Below are positions 38,406 to 52,104 of a DNA stretch of 64,000 nucleotides, one piece after another. The position numbers and the translations under genes were made by a program. The stretch comes from Vicugna vicugna. Taxonomy: Eukaryota. Within the stretch, counting starts at the first letter, position 1. Each line of letters begins with the position of its first letter. The notes under the pieces were generated by a model. The model was given only the letters and a program-made list of their open reading frames with translations. It was not told where the DNA came from and did no database searches. Location: NCBI GenBank assembly GCA_013265495.1, contig MU058337.1:1294777-1358776 (forward strand), read 5' to 3'.

Positions 38406-39399
38406 GGTTAGACCAAGAACGGGATGGAATTGTCCAAGGAAAGTGACGGGGTTTTCATCTACAATTGATCAGGTGTCGTGTGTGCGTAAGGTTAGTGGGA
38501 GGAAGAAACCTACAAAATGCCATTGGATCTTACAATTAGACCTTGATAGTTTGGAGGTCAAATATTTTATTAAAATGGTGACTGTGAAAAATAGATATTA
38601 GGAAAAAATGCCAAGAAAGTGGATGTTCATGAAGTATTCTGCTATTTGCTTAAGAAAATATATTAGTTATCCCATATATTTATATATATACAAATATATA
38701 TTTAGTAATTGTTCATTTGTTGGTAAAATATACTTGCTTGAAACTATTTTTCAGTAAGACTGTGTATGCAATTAAAGGAAAAAATTAGAATCAGAGTATA
38801 ACAGTGTAGTGGGATAAAAATAAAGGTAGGCTTGTGATTTTATCAAAGTCAAGAAAGTCTTGAAAATGTAAACAAAGAAGGGAAGGAGAGCCTGAAGGAA
38901 CAAGAAGGGGTGAGGAAAGACAGTGAGGGGTGCCCCAGCCCCAAGAGAGCTGGGAGGCGGCAGCCAAGGCCTGGGGACCAGGTCCAGGGGACCAGCTTGG
39001 CAGAAGCCCCGCTGCTCCCCAGGGCACCAAGGAGGAGGGAACGGGCAGAGACACCCAGAATCCTGGAGGTACGGATTTGAGCAGAAAAGGGGTTTTGAAA
39101 CTTTATAACAAACGGAATGTATCTAGTCCTAGATCTTAGAAACGTGGGGCTGCATATAGGATCCTGGTCGGATCCTGATTAAACTGAGACCCCAGAGGAC
39201 TGGGTGAGACATTTTATCAGAAACTAACTAAAGAGGAGGACGGTCAGCTGAGTGTGGTGAAGTCAAGCCTGGGCCTTGGCCGTGGAAAATCTGTTCAACA
39301 GCTGTTGTAGGGGAAGCGTGTCGGGATTTCACGAGAGGCCACAGAAGGGTTTAAACTTCACTCGCAACTGCAGATTTGACCCAGTCAGTAGGGAGGTGG

Positions 39400-39495
39400 G
39401 GTGTGTGTGTCTGTGTCTCTGTGTCTGTCTGTGTGTGTTTGTGAGAGAGAGAAAGAGAGAGAATAGATGAAGACATACAGAGAGTCAGAGACAGA
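39400..39495. repeat. Compound (GT)/(GA) simple repeat
   Basis: Read directly from the sequence. Confidence 0.8.
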
Positions 39496-39729
39496 TGGAG
39501 CCTGCGAGGGAGAGAGAGTCTCCAACCGTGCTCTATATCCTGGCCCAGTTGTTGCTGGAGAGGTGGAGGGAGGGCGTCCCCAGGGCACCGCCTACCACAG
39601 CAGGCACGTGGCCGAAACATAAGGGCAGGAAGGATTCTCAGAGCTAGGACAGCGTCAGTGACCGCTGCCATGTGGGTAAAGCAGAAGGGGGCAGGTGCCC
39701 GGGAAAAGAGGAGGGTGTCAGAGAGGCCG

Positions 39730-39820
39730 TCTTTTTGTTCATTCTCGTATCTTCGGTGACTAGCTCAGATCCAGGCACATGGCAGGTGCTCAAACACTGG
39801 AGGAATGGGTTAGTGAAAAA
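39730..39820 (+). mobile_element. LINE-2 3' tail
   Basis: tttttgttcattctcgtatc...ggcacatggcaggtgctcaaacact...gaatg. Confidence 0.7.
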
Positions 39821-42099
39821 GTCAATTTTTGAGAGCCTGTAGCGTTCGCAGCACAACCATCCGAGCAACCGACAGACAATGCGAAGGCTGGACCAGAGGG
39901 GTGATGGAATTCGCCGGAATAGCCATGGGTGAGGGAGGGGCAGAGCTGGGATTCCACCCAGGCCCACCTGACCCTCCGGCTTCCTCACACCTGGGCTTCC
40001 TCTGATAAACCCTCCGAGAAGGCTACACGCGCGGAGCTGGGAGTGTGAGGGGGGAGAGCTTCGGTGGTTTCGTGTTGGTTGAAGCTCTGAGTGTGCGACT
40101 TCTGTGAAAAGCAGTGCCGTTCACACAGATCCCTCACGCGTTCTGCCCACTCGTACAGTCTGCTTGTCCAGACTTCCTGGCAAGCGGAGGCCCCAGGTGC
40201 TGAGGCCCGGGCTGCCGGGGGTGACGGAGTGCGAACAAAGGGAGGACAGAAGGAGGCATCCAGAGTGGAGGAGCGGGGAGCCATGGAAACAGTCTAAACA
40301 GAGGCTCACAAAGAAGCATCCACAGGGCTGGGCAGAAAGGGAGGCTCTCGTGGACGCAGAGGGAGGGGACCTGTGGCCGGTGAAGCCAGCCAGCCCTGGG
40401 GCATCGGGGCAGATGAGAGGCGGAACGTCAGGGTGCCGAAGGCTCTGCCCCCTGACCCAGGCCCCTTCCTGGGTCCTCGTTCTCACCAGCGGATTGAAAG
40501 AGGGATCCAGAGGGTGGCGGAGGCGGTTTGGACAGAACTAAGTGGAGCTTCTCTCTGTGCAATCACGCGTTCTTCCTGTGACAGCTTCCTTCCACCTCAT
40601 GGCTGCTTCCCCTGCCGCCAGCAGGCTCTGTCTCTGAACAGCGCTCTCACGCACCTGTCTTACCTCCCTGCTGCATCTGCCCTCACGGTGTGCCATGGTG
40701 GCTCTGACAAAAATGATCCGGGCTTCCCCGACACTTTCTCTTTGTCATAAAGAGCAACTGATTTGGTGACAGTGACAGTTTACCCTCCGCGGGCTCATTT
40801 AGGGAAAGCTCATAGCATTTCCAGAGGTTGGGTTTCCAGAAGTGTAATTTCCTGGCCCGTAGGGCCTTCCCTCGTCTGTCCGACCTGAGTTGCTTCAACA
40901 TCTCCAATTATACTGCTGGGCTGAGCCCCAGGGCCTTCTCCTGCCACACCCACAGGTCTTGCAACACATCTGCATCACACCAGCCTTCACGGCACTCACC
41001 TACGTCCACTGCAAACCTCGCCCACCTTCTGCTGGTCCCTGCTTTCAGGATTTCCCCACTTTTTGATCCAGGAGAACTTTGGAGACAACTCAGTAAAGCA
41101 GGAGTTTTATATATGCTGTTCCAGTCCTCTGTGGCTACACTCCCAAGGAAAAGGTGGAGGAACAAACCAATTAGTGTCCACATCCCCATCACCCCCGGTC
41201 TGCGCACGCCGCTGAGGGTCACACACTTCAGAGTCCTAAGTGGAGGAGAGGGAGAAACAGTATCCAGATCACAAATCAGTCAACCCAGAGGCTTTTCAAG
41301 TGAATCAAAAGGGCCTGAGCCGTTTTCTTCTCCAGGTCTCCCTGCCCTCCCGCACTTTCAAGCAGCCCCCACTGTCTCCACAAACAAAAATAATAAGGGC
41401 ACTCAGGTCCTTCAAACAAAGCAAACCGTGATCCGTCTGTGTCTGCAGCATCAACAGATGAATGGTGCTCCCCAGACTCAAGAGGTACAAGGCCAGCTCT
41501 GCCTGGGGATCTTAATACTACTATTGCTAAGGACTAGCCCAGTGCAGAAACGTGTTTTTCCTGTAGCACCTGGAGCACAAAGGTCCAGAGAGAACAGAAA
41601 AACAGGTTGTCTTAGGTCTGTCTTTGAAATTCATTTTCCCTCCTTAATAGGGACCTGTCAATCAAACGCCTAAACCAAAAAAAAAAAAAAATGGCCTTTC
41701 TCACTAAAGAGCAACTGAGGGAGATGCTGGCATCCCACTTGGGCAGAAGCCAGTGTTTTACGCGCTCCAGGAAAGCAGAAACGCCTTACTGGTGCTGCAG
41801 GACTTCTTCTGAGGAAATTGAGATTGTGTAAAGCAATCAGCAATACAAATCATGTCTAACTTAGGTGCCTCTTCCGCCCTGGGCCTGCCTGTCACTCAAC
41901 CCTAGAATCTTACTGAACCCCGGTTCTGCTTAAGCTGTGCTCCTGCAAGTTCCTATTTCAGACGCAGCAGGAGAGGAGGCTTCATTCCAACCCTTCTGTG
42001 CATGAGGGAAACACTCTCCTGTTTCTTTCCTTCGTCCCCTGCTCCCAATCAGCCTTCCTTTCCCTTTCCATTTAAAAGGGAGTTATAGAGTTTTCATAA

Positions 42100-42272
42100 A
42101 ACTCTAGATTTTAGAGAATCATGGAATATTAAAGTTGGAAGAGATTTCAGCCGTCGTCAAGTCCAGTTCCCTCCTTTTATAGACAAGAAAATTGAGGCTC
42201 AGATACGTTGAAATGTATCCAAATTTCACACCTACTTAGTGGCAAAGCCAGAAATAAAACATAGGTCTTTCG
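42100..42272 (-). mobile_element. MIR (MIR3/MIRc-like)
   Basis: agaatcatggaatattaaagttggaagagatttcag...tttatagacaagaaaattgaggctcaga. Confidence 0.75.
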
Positions 42273-43063
42273 CCCTCTAGCATAGTGCTTTGCCCATTAC
42301 ACTAAGGATCTGCAAAACGGCATGATTATCCCAATCACTGCTGGCACTGGCCCTTGCGACACACGCAGATCCCATGTCGTCTCCGGGGATTCCGAGTCGG
42401 CGGGAATAGGCTTCCCGTGATGCTTCGGAGCTGGCGTCGTTTGGGAAATGCTTCCTGAAAACAAGCCTCTTCACTCTCTTTCCTCAAAGGGGAACTTTCT
42501 CTTCCCGTCTGCAGTGGATGCCTTGCATGGGAGAGTCCAGAGCAGAGGGGAGGAGAGTTTGGCTTGTTCAAACTTCCGGTGGCTTCTCAGGGGAAAGCTG
42601 GAAACGAAGCAAAACTTCCAGCATGGCCACTACGGCCCCCACATATTTTTTTTTCCCTCTTTGTTCAAATTCTCAAAACCTTATTGTCCCCTCAGGTAGC
42701 AATCATTTGTTGCCTATTTGGGGGTTAGTTTTTCTATTCATTTACATTTCTTGGTCACATAAATAATTTGTAAGATTCTTAAGAAGAAAAAGAATGTCTG
42801 ATTCATGTCTACTTATCTCAATATATAACATTGTGCTTTATTAATTTATTGATTTTTGGCCCATTTTGACTTCCAATTCGTCAGACAAAGAAGAGGACAC
42901 TATTTCCCTCTTCTCCTGTCATAATGACCTAAAAGCAACCAGGAGAATTACAAAAATCAGGGCACATTCCACTTTTAAAGAAAATTGTAACACCTGGAAA
43001 ATGAACAGTATATGCGAAAAGGCTGCCAAATACAGTGAAGGTCAAATGGGGGCCTGAAAGATA

Positions 43064-43644
43064 TACTGAGAGGAGGGGAAATCGAGCAGGACCCTGTGGG
43101 GCCCTCCTGGGCACAAACCATTCCTGCATCCCCCGCTTCTTGTTTGTAGGAACTGGACTTCATTCAGCCTCCCTGACCTCCCTGAGTTCCAAAAGGCAGA
43201 TTCAGACAGTTGCTAAGCAGAGGACGGAGGGAACGCAGAGACGAGGGAGGGACAGGTGAGAAGCAACAGCGCAGCTACGGGGCAGGGCCCTGGTCCCCCT
43301 GAAGGAGCATACTGACTGTATCTCTGAGCCCTTCGGCGGGAAGTAAGGCCTCCACCCAGTGGGAGGAGGACGTCTTCAGGCTGAGTACAAGATTCCTGGA
43401 ACACTGCCCTGTCACCACAACACCAACCGATTCGAGGAAAGTCACAGCCCCCCCAGCCCTCACTCCAAATTTTGCCTATAAAAACGTCTCCCCGAAGGCC
43501 ATCGAGGAGTTCAGGTGTTTTGAGCATGAGCCACCCATTCTCCTTGCTCGGCCCTGCAGCAAACCTTCCTCTGCCCCAGACTCTGACACTTAGGTTTGTT
43601 TGGGCTCACTGAGCTTCGGGGACTCACACTTGCATTCGTTTACA
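43064..43644 (+). mobile_element. ERV1-type solo LTR
   Basis: gagcaggaccctgtgggg..., TATA gcctataaaaac near 43475, gagttcaggtgttttgagcatgagcc..., ends in taca; the left boundary is uncertain. Confidence 0.75.
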
Positions 43645-44029
43645 GATGCCTGTAGCTGCAGACTCCAGACTCAGTCAGGAGAACACTGGTTTTTCAAAGT
43701 ACTGTCACGTCCACACCCCGATTTACAGTAAGGGGAAGGCACTGGTGGTGGGAGCTTCTCGGGATCTGTTTGGCTCTAGGGAGGAGCAAGGCAGGAAGCT
43801 GAGTGGGGAGTCACCTGCCCACCAGCTCTCCAGGAAGCAGTGTGCAGCTGAGATGGAGTGAGGACGGAGTCTCTGCACTGCAGGTAGCCCTTTGGCTCCT
43901 GCCTCTGTTGAATGAAGAGGTGGAAAGGCTAGGTCCCACATACAATCCTCTTTCACAAGGAGAATTCCTGCTAGCCTGCAACTCACCTCATCCAAAGATG
44001 AGGAGGGACAAGAGGAAGGAGGAGGAAAC

Positions 44030-45400
44030 GGGTAGAATTGTACACTGTGAGAAAAAAGACCAGAGCAAATAAACAAACACTTACCATAAAGACAATGACA
44101 CAGCAGATAAAAGAGCCACACACAAGCTCAAAAACAAACAAAATCCTAGATAATGAAATTGCTTCTATACAACAAAAGTTCTATATAGCCATACAAAAAC
44201 TCAAGAAAGGTATGTCAGGAAGACAGGAAAACTTGTTGCTTGAGTGAGCAGATCAGGAAATGAGTGGAAAATTACAAAATGTTATCTCAGAAATGAAGGC
44301 CATATTGGAGGTAGCGAAATAGAAAATAGATACTTTATTAAAATCTAACAAAGGTCATGGAAAGTATAACTTGAAAAATAAGAAAAATGAAATGGAAATG
44401 AACAAAGCATTGAAAAGGATTTGAGAGGAAATAGCAGGTAATAATGGATAAAGGAAGACAGAAAAGGAAACCCAGCATATGAATAATCAGTGCCCCACCC
44501 CCAGAAAGGAGCTCTGTGAACTTCCCATGATTCAGAAAGACTTAATGAAACGGTATACTGTGTCTCTGAAGGTAGCGACAACAGAAACAAAAACACAAAG
44601 AACTGCTGATAGGACATTCCCTGGTAACGTGACGGATATAAAAAAAGCCAATAAAGGAAGGAGACTGAATGCCTATATAACCAATTTAAGAGCTCAGAAT
44701 ATGGGTGACACATTAGTATCGTAAAGTCGATGGAAAACAATATTTGTTTTTCAGTCTGCAATGTTACAAAGATAGTAAACTTAGGATGCTACAAAAGTTG
44801 CCACATCCTGAGAGTCTCAAGTATCATGACCAAGTTACTTCCTAACCCCGTGCTCCATAGAAGAGAAGCGTGCGGTCCACCCCAGCTGAAAACCAGAACC
44901 GGACGGCAGGCTGGGGCCAGCTGCCAGGCACTCACCATACCGTGTTCAAGTCTGGAACCCCAAGGTGCCTCTCGGCAAGTTTGTTGAAATGAAACAGTAT
45001 TTTCCAATCATAATGCAATAAAAAGTACTTAAAAAATTAAAAATTATCTACCCACTTAAAATTTTAAAGCTTTATATCTTAAACAACTATTGAGAACAGA
45101 AGCTGTGGAAAAGTGTAGGATCCTGAAGATAGTGACAATGAAGATATATAGCTAAATTATTTTCACATTTTATATTTTTATAATATACATAGAAGTAAAA
45201 TGGTAAATTGAAGTATTTACTGTTCTGTATTATTTAATATACAAATGTAAAATATATAATGTAATAGAGCTGACATATTTTAATACCTAAAGGCAGAGGA
45301 AAGGTAGTGTATTAAGTATTTGTATGAACCACAAATAAAGAACAAAAATGAATGAGATAAGGATCTAACTCACAGAGCTAGAAAAGGAAGAAAAAGTCCA
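44030..45400 (+). mobile_element. Very old L1/HAL1-like ORF1 and ORF2 fragments
   Basis: A-rich strand-biased tract with ORF1-like (tcagaaatgaaggccatattggagg...) and ORF2-like (tccaatcataatgcaataaaa) motifs. Confidence 0.55.
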
Positions 45401-46072
45401 AAATGATTTATCAGCCTGGGAAAAGCTGAGACCTAAACTGGCAGAAACACAGCCAACAATTAACTTTTCACCATATTTCCTTTTGTCCTAGTTAGATGTT
45501 ACTTCATGAGCATATGTTATCATTTTTAATGGAGTAAATATCCTTTTTAAAAAGCAAGTAATTTCTTCCAAATTTAAAAGGTTATGATTCTGTCTCTAAC
45601 ATTAAACCACATGTCAGGAAGCAAAGGAGGCCTGAGGAACGAGACTGTGGTTCTTAAGTCACTTCCTTGTCCCTCTGCCCTTCCAAACATTGCCAGTCCT
45701 TCAGAGGAGACCCTGCAGCACTCCTGGAGGCAGTCGCCCCCGCCCCGTCCCATCTGACGGCATGAAGCGTGGCGTGGAAGCCGCAGCCTGAGCTCCCTCT
45801 CCAAACCCCACCCTGGACGTGTCCCAGCTCCCAGGCTGTCTCTGACCCGGAGAAGAGGATTATGGGCAACATCTTAGTTTAATTAAAACTCACAGGGCAA
45901 AGGTTCAGGGAAAGACAGAAAATAGGAAACCCGGTTCTGGAAGAGCGAGAGGCAAGTCTGGAATGAAATCCGGCCATGGTCCTCGTGAGCTATGTGATGC
46001 CAGACACCACCACCAGCCTCGATTCTCCTCGACTGAAACCTGGGAGGACAGTACGCACTTTCTATGCAGTGA

Positions 46073-46074
<2 letters not shown>

Positions 46075-46110
<36 letters not shown>
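46075..46110. repeat. (CA)18 microsatellite
   Basis: Read directly from the sequence. Confidence 0.95.
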
Positions 46111-46115
<5 letters not shown>

Positions 46116-46770
46116 CAGGGAGTCGTGAACGGAGGCCTCTGGCACGATGAGGACGTGGGCAGGGGCACCCTCCTCTCTCACCCGCTGAGTTCTCTCCCTT
46201 CACTTCTTAGCAAAAACTCCCCACCTTCTGACACTGTCAGGTCCCCAGAAGGGGTGAGACCCGCTTTCACCAGCTTCTGCTCCTTTTTTCAATAGTTTTC
46301 AAAATGATCTCTTTGCCTCAAGTCTCTGTTGTGATTAATCCAGACAAAATTTACTGAAAGTTCTCTTTCATAAAGTCAGGCCTTAGTTCTGAATGGAAAC
46401 ATTTCTGTATTTATCTGACAGTTAAAATCTCAGGTGTTTTATAACTTGCCCCCAGATTGATAAATCCAGCTTGGTCCAATGTGAATCCTCATATTAAAGC
46501 TTTCCTTTTTTTTTTTTCCCAGTTGGTCTCATCTTTCCAACAAAAATCGTGTTCCTGCCTGTGTTCACACTTTTTCACACCAAAACAGCCCACGGCTTCT
46601 TTCATTGTTCACACAAATGCTGCCCATTCTTCAAGGACAAGCTCAAGCTCTGCGTTCCCCATAGTCTGTCTGAGCACCCCAGGTGGCACTCATCTTGATC
46701 TTCTCCGAATTCTTGCGTCACACGCGTTTAACACGTGTGCTGTATTTTATCCCCTCCTAGGCATAGTTCA

Positions 46771-46974
46771 TGTCTGAGTCCGTTCAGGCTGTGGTAACAA
46801 AATACTACAGACAGGGAGGCTTATAAACAACAGAAACCTACTTCTCACAGTTCTGGAGGCTGGAAGTCCAAGGTCAGGGTCAGCACGGACGGGTGAGGGC
46901 TCAAAGTTCCCACCTACTAATAACATCATCTTTGAGGGGAGGACTTCAGCGTATGAATTTCACGGTGACATACA
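46771..46974 (-). mobile_element. MLT1A-type LTR, internally deleted
   Basis: tgtctgagtccgttcaggctgtggtaacaaaatac...ctcacagttctggaggctggaagtccaagg...tcagcgtatgaatt. Confidence 0.85.
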
Positions 46975-47694
46975 TCCCTGAGAAGTTCAGGGGTTCACCT
47001 TAGGGGTCACTGGATATGTGCACATGGGTGGGTGTTTGTGTGGGGGGTGTGCACAGACTGTAATAAATATTCCATTGACTAGGGTGTGGGGGGAAGCAGC
47101 AGCTGGAGCTGTGTTTATTGCTCTGACTCTAGCATGCTCCCTTTTAAATCTGAATCTTCACCATGTAAATCAGAGCCCCAGGAGTAATTAACACTCAGCA
47201 AGCTGGGTAACTGAGCCTCAGTAAGTGGCTAACACAAGTTTAGAAGCTTTAGTTGAAATGAATATTGTGTGTAAATGGATAACTTCATGCAGATTTAGCT
47301 TCCTATTATTTCTGATTTGCTTTGACAGACCTGGGGGAGGACTGGAGGCCCCATGCTCAGTCTCAACTTATATAAATCACTTTTAATTCAAATTTTATTG
47401 TAGACCCACTGAATGAACTTGGTGGTATAGTGTAAAGAACATGGCTGACTCTATGACATGGAGCAAGAATTTAATTTCTCTGGCTTTTTCAGTCAATAAA
47501 ATGGACATAATAATCCCAGTCCTATCCAACTGCCAAGACATGAAAATAAGATAAACGAAGAAACTTTGGTCAAAATTCTCCAAATTTAAAATAATATTTA
47601 AAGCTTTGATAAAAGTTATTTGTGGACATATGCTTATCGGCAGTTAAAGATCCAATAATGATTCGAATGCAGGCAGATTAGGTTGACTTTAAAA

Positions 47695-47790
47695 TTTTTT
47701 TAAGTTTTTTATACAATTTTTAAAGGTTACTTCCTATTAACATTATTACAAAATATTGGCTGTATTTCCGTGTTGTACAGCACATCTTAC
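47695..47790 (-). mobile_element. L1 3' end fragment, antisense
   Basis: ttttaaaggttacttcc...ttattacaaaatattggctgtatttccgtgttgtacagcacatc. Confidence 0.75.
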
Positions 47791-48160
47791 AACATTTCTG
47801 TTAAGTGTTTCTGCTGTGAATTTTTGTTGCCATAACAAAGGATGCTACGTGGGGAAGCACTGAGCCCTGCCGCCCTGCCAGCAGCTGGGAAGCCAGGGCC
47901 TCGATCTGAGAGGGGGAGATCTGAGAACGCACCTCCTCACCCACCACACCACGACTGCCCGCCTTCTCCAGCAGGGCCCGCGCCTCCTCACGTGGGAGCT
48001 GTGCTGTTAATCGCTGTTAGCATCACTCCTGCAACGTGCCTTTATGGAGCTGCTGCTGTTGCCGGGGGCCATGTAGGCTCCGGGCATCCCAGCGATGATG
48101 GAGAATGACCGACAAACACAACATGTTGAAAAGGCTCTAAGTGCTCTCCCCGAGCCACAG

Positions 48161-48204
48161 ACAGAAAAGCATCGTTCAATCAAAGGAAGGAATGCAACCT
48201 GACA
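48161..48204 (+). CDS. Candidate gene exon (KQKSIVQSKEGMQPD)
   Basis: Acceptor ctctccccgagccacag| (weak, with an upstream AG), donor ACA|gtgagt; 44 nt, phase 2 to 1. Confidence 0.4.
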
Positions 48205-48763
48205 GTGAGTGGAAAGAGGGACCTTTGAGTCCCAAAAAAAGAGCTGGCTGGGCCACAAGTGAAAAGTCTGGGAAGACAAGACAGTGGGTGCCAGCAGTGG
48301 GAAGGACGTGGGCGTTGGAGCTCCAGAGAGAAATGCCCTCGGGCTCCCGTGCCCAGGCTTCCCCGAGGTGGTCCTGGCCACCCACAGGCACGTTCATGAA
48401 ATGACCATCCTGGACCTATCTCGGTTGTCCTGCCTGAGGGCATCTGTGTCCCTCACAAACTTGTCCCTTGAGCTTCACCCGCACAACGCTGATAATCACC
48501 ACTCTAATATTCTGTTAGACTAAGACAACTGGGCAGACAATTCATTTTTTAAAATAAAATAATTTCAAACTCTTCCAATTGATAATGTAACTGCTCTATA
48601 AAGAGGTGAGCAGTTTATCACAAAAATGAGTCTAATTGTTAATCTTCTTTTTCATAGATATGCTATGTATACACAGGTGTGCACGGATACACTGCACACA
48701 GACACTTAGGTACGATATGCACATGAAATCTTTCAACATTCGCTTAATTCTGATTCTGCGCAG

Positions 48764-48791
48764 GTGTCCTGATTCGTTTTAACGACAGCAG
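48764..48791 (+). CDS. Candidate gene exon (SVLIRFNDS)
   Basis: Branch-like cttaat, acceptor ttctgcgcag|, donor CAG|gtaaga; 28 nt, open only in phase 1 to 2. Confidence 0.55.
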
Positions 48792-50699
48792 GTAAGATAT
48801 GATGAAACTATTCTTTCTTTTTTACCAGCAGTCATAGTTCAATCTTGTCCTAAGAAAGTCTCAACTGTGTGAACACAAGCATCCCAGGCCCAGGGCTGTC
48901 CGGGCGACAGTAGCTGGAAGTAAGGATGGTCAGTTAGCACTGAAGACCTAAAAGGATCAGCAGCAATAAAAGTCGCCCCAGAGGGACCACCGTCCTGAAA
49001 GCCGCCACCACCCCAAGTCCATCTCACTGCTGCTACGGGAGGTGACAGCAGCACCTGTTTCTTGAAGTCCCTGAAGCCGGCACGCGCCCAGCTTCTACTC
49101 CGAGTATCGCAGGCCACTCGGAGGGGGAGAGAAAGGGCTTTGAGCAGAGCCAGACGGAGGCCCAAGCGGGGTAAAAGGGAGGATGCAAACAGCTGCTCCT
49201 TGAAGACACTCCCCAGGCCCGTCCGTGCTCCGCACACTTGCCCACAAGCTGCCAAGCAGGGCCTATTGTGTGATTTCCGTGCGGTGGGAACCTGGCCTTA
49301 GAAACAAATGGGCTAGTTTAACTATTAAGTGTCAATCATAGCTGCGGGGTGAGTGTTAAAATTTCCATTAGTTTGTGTAGTTTTCTTGTTTTTGTTTTTC
49401 ACTCTGCGGTCCCTCTCGTTTACTTTGGTTAATTTACTGCATTCAGGTGAACAAAATTCAACATGCCTTTTACCACTGGGCTTGTTTTTCGTCTGCTTCT
49501 CTTTTGGAGTGGCCCTGGCGACAGTCTCAGATCTTGGGTGTGGAGTCCCAGTTTCCTGGCACTCTGCACACGCACAAATTGATACCTGCGAGAACTCATT
49601 TTGTGTGGTCACAGACTTCACGTGAGGAATAGTCATCAGAGCCTCGTCCAGCTGACACTTGGCTTGCTTGGTTCATGGGCTCCGTAACCAACCAGCTCAC
49701 TAATGAGCTTAGCTTTGATGAAAAAAGAATTGTGGAGAAGCAACCAAGAGTAATAACGGAGCGCTCATTTTCTCTTTCTCAAAAACAAAAAGTGATGTAA
49801 AGAATCAAAAACACACACAAGGAGAATGATTCCTTCAGGACTGCTTCCATGTTTGTCTCTCAGCTGATGCGAAGACCAGTAGGAGGAACTTCTGTGGATG
49901 AGGCTCCGAAGAATTCCAGGATTTTCAGCTCAGCGTGGACGCCATTTCCCATTTCATTGGTTACATGCATGACGTGTGAGAAACCTTCCTTTTCTGGAAA
50001 GTACTAAGACAAAAGTTCATCAAGCGGTGGCTCTCCCTGAGCAGCAGAGGATAAGCCCACCCCCAGGGGACACCTGCAGGGAGCAGGGCAACCCCGACAC
50101 CTTTGCAGGAAGACCGCTCCTTTCCTACCCAACCGGACGTCTCCATTCCTGGTATAAAATGTCCACCATTTGTTTACAAAATATTATCTATATAAGGACA
50201 AAAAAGAGGAAACTAACAGGAAAGTGAGCACTCTTAGCCCTGTCAGAGAAGCGCAAACTGGCTGTTACAAACTGAAAGGAAGCGACATTCAGGGTGTCCG
50301 AGGAAAGCTGCACAAGGACGATCTATTTTAGTATTTAAGAACCGAAGCTGAGTACCTATCATGGGTGAAAATAATACCCAGGGTCTGAAAAAAATCCACA
50401 GGATCCAAACGCAAACCTCCAAGGCAAATGTTTAGAATTATTTTTTTCCTTACTGTAAAGGCCGAAGCAAATGGGCAGCTAGAGGTTAGCTAACAGAAGA
50501 GTAGAGCGAGAGGGTTTCAGCAGGAAAATCTACACAGAGGAGCTGCAGGTGGAAAGACAGGAGGAGAGCACGAAGGTGTCTCCTCCAAGGAAGGTGATAA
50601 ACGCATCGCCCCGGAGATTAGCATTCGGGCAACTTCCCACTCAAATTCCTGCTACTGAAAACTTGCAGCCAAACAAAATGTCAGCAACAGGGGACTGAT

Positions 50700-51010
50700 T
50701 AAATAAATAAATAATAGTGCAAATTGTGAAAGAATAATGAAATCACGAAGCATTCTTGTTATCATATGTAAAAACAAATTACAAAACAGATCCCAATAAA
50801 AAAAATATTGGCATTGAGAGATCAGTATAGAGAGACCCAAAGATAACAGAGGAGCGCAGAAGAGGAGCCGAACGGAAGCAAAGCAAAACGCTGGCAGCGG
50901 ATATCGGTGGATGAGAAGGTGGATGACCGTTAGGTTTCTTCTTTGCATTTTTCTGTTTTTTTTTTCTCAAATTTTCTAAATTGAATATATACCAAATATT
51001 ATTTTTAAAA
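50700..51010 (+). mobile_element. Ancient L1 (L1ME-like) 3' end
   Basis: tttcttctttgcatttttctgttttt...aaattttctaaattgaatatata terminal motif. Confidence 0.5.
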
Positions 51011-51429
51011 TTTCTAGTATTTTTGTCCTCCCCAAAACACGAAGATGCTGCTGCTATTCCTTTTAGAGAGGATTTCTCTTAAGAAAGCCAAACTTTCCAC
51101 CTTCTAGTTTTCCAACGGACATAACTACTGTGACGTATTAACAAGCAGCCACTTTACTGATAGTAAAGAAATTGTCTACTTGAATTCTTTTCCACGTTAA
51201 GGATTATTTTAATATTTTTGTGACTTGATCGGAATAAAATGTATTAAGTGGGTATTGGTTTCCTGGCAGTTCAACAGAGAATTAGAATGAATCAAATGTT
51301 TTAAAACTTTCTTCTTGTACAATGTTAATGCAGTTTCATTTTTTATGTTGAAATGAAGACCCCAACAGGCACGTGTACACACACTTCCAAAATTCTAGTC
51401 ATTTCTAAAAATATATTCAAAGGTACGAG

Positions 51430-51689
51430 TTTTCACAGACATAGAAAACAAATTTATGGTTTTCTGGGGGGAAAGCGGTGGGGCGGGACGGATTGGGAGT
51501 TCGGGATTTGCAGATACTAGCTACTATCTACAAAGTAGATAAACAACAAGGTCCTACTGTGTCAACACCTTGTAACGGACTGTAATGAAAGAGAATATGA
51601 AAAGGAACATATGTGTATAAATGAATCACTACACTGTACACCAGAAATTAACACAGCACTGCAAATCGACTATACTTCAATTTAAAAAA
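51430..51689 (+). mobile_element. L1 3' UTR fragment (camelid-like subfamily)
   Basis: cacagacatagaaaacaaatttatggtt...gggagttcgggatttgcagatactag...ctgtacaccagaaattaacaca...gactatacttcaatttaaaaaa. Confidence 0.9.
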
Positions 51690-52054
51690 GAGGTGAAAGT
51701 TTTAAAACCACCCTAAAAGCAACATGCAGGGAAGTAAATATGACTTTCCTACTGTATTAACAATTATTCATTCTGAAATGCCAAAGCCTTTTTTCAAGTC
51801 TAATGTGATCTTACGTGGCACCTTGTTACCTTAACTTGACAAATATTATGTGTAAAAATATAAACCCAATGGCATGGGCCTGAGGTTCAGAACCTTAAGT
51901 CGCCCAGGAGCAAGATTTTCAAAACCTGCTCGATTGAAAACGACTGTAGCATGAGCCACAATGTCAAGATGGCTGAGCCACGGCAAACGGCCTCTTGCCT
52001 ACACCCAAAGGCAGTTTTACTTTCTTCAAATATTTCCTTGCTGCCATTTACCAG

Positions 52055-52104
52055 GATACTGTTCTGGGGGAAACATGACCTTCGTGGAAAGGCAGCTGCA
52101 GAGA
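52055..52104 (+). CDS. Candidate gene exon (RILFWGKHDLRGKAAAE)
   Basis: Acceptor tttccttgctgccatttaccag|, donor AGA|gtaaga; 50 nt, phase 2 to 1. Confidence 0.55.

Noticed and set aside
40828..41673. 281-aa ORF, the longest in the track
   Set aside because: Non-ATG start, no recognisable domain, no supporting splice or promoter structure.
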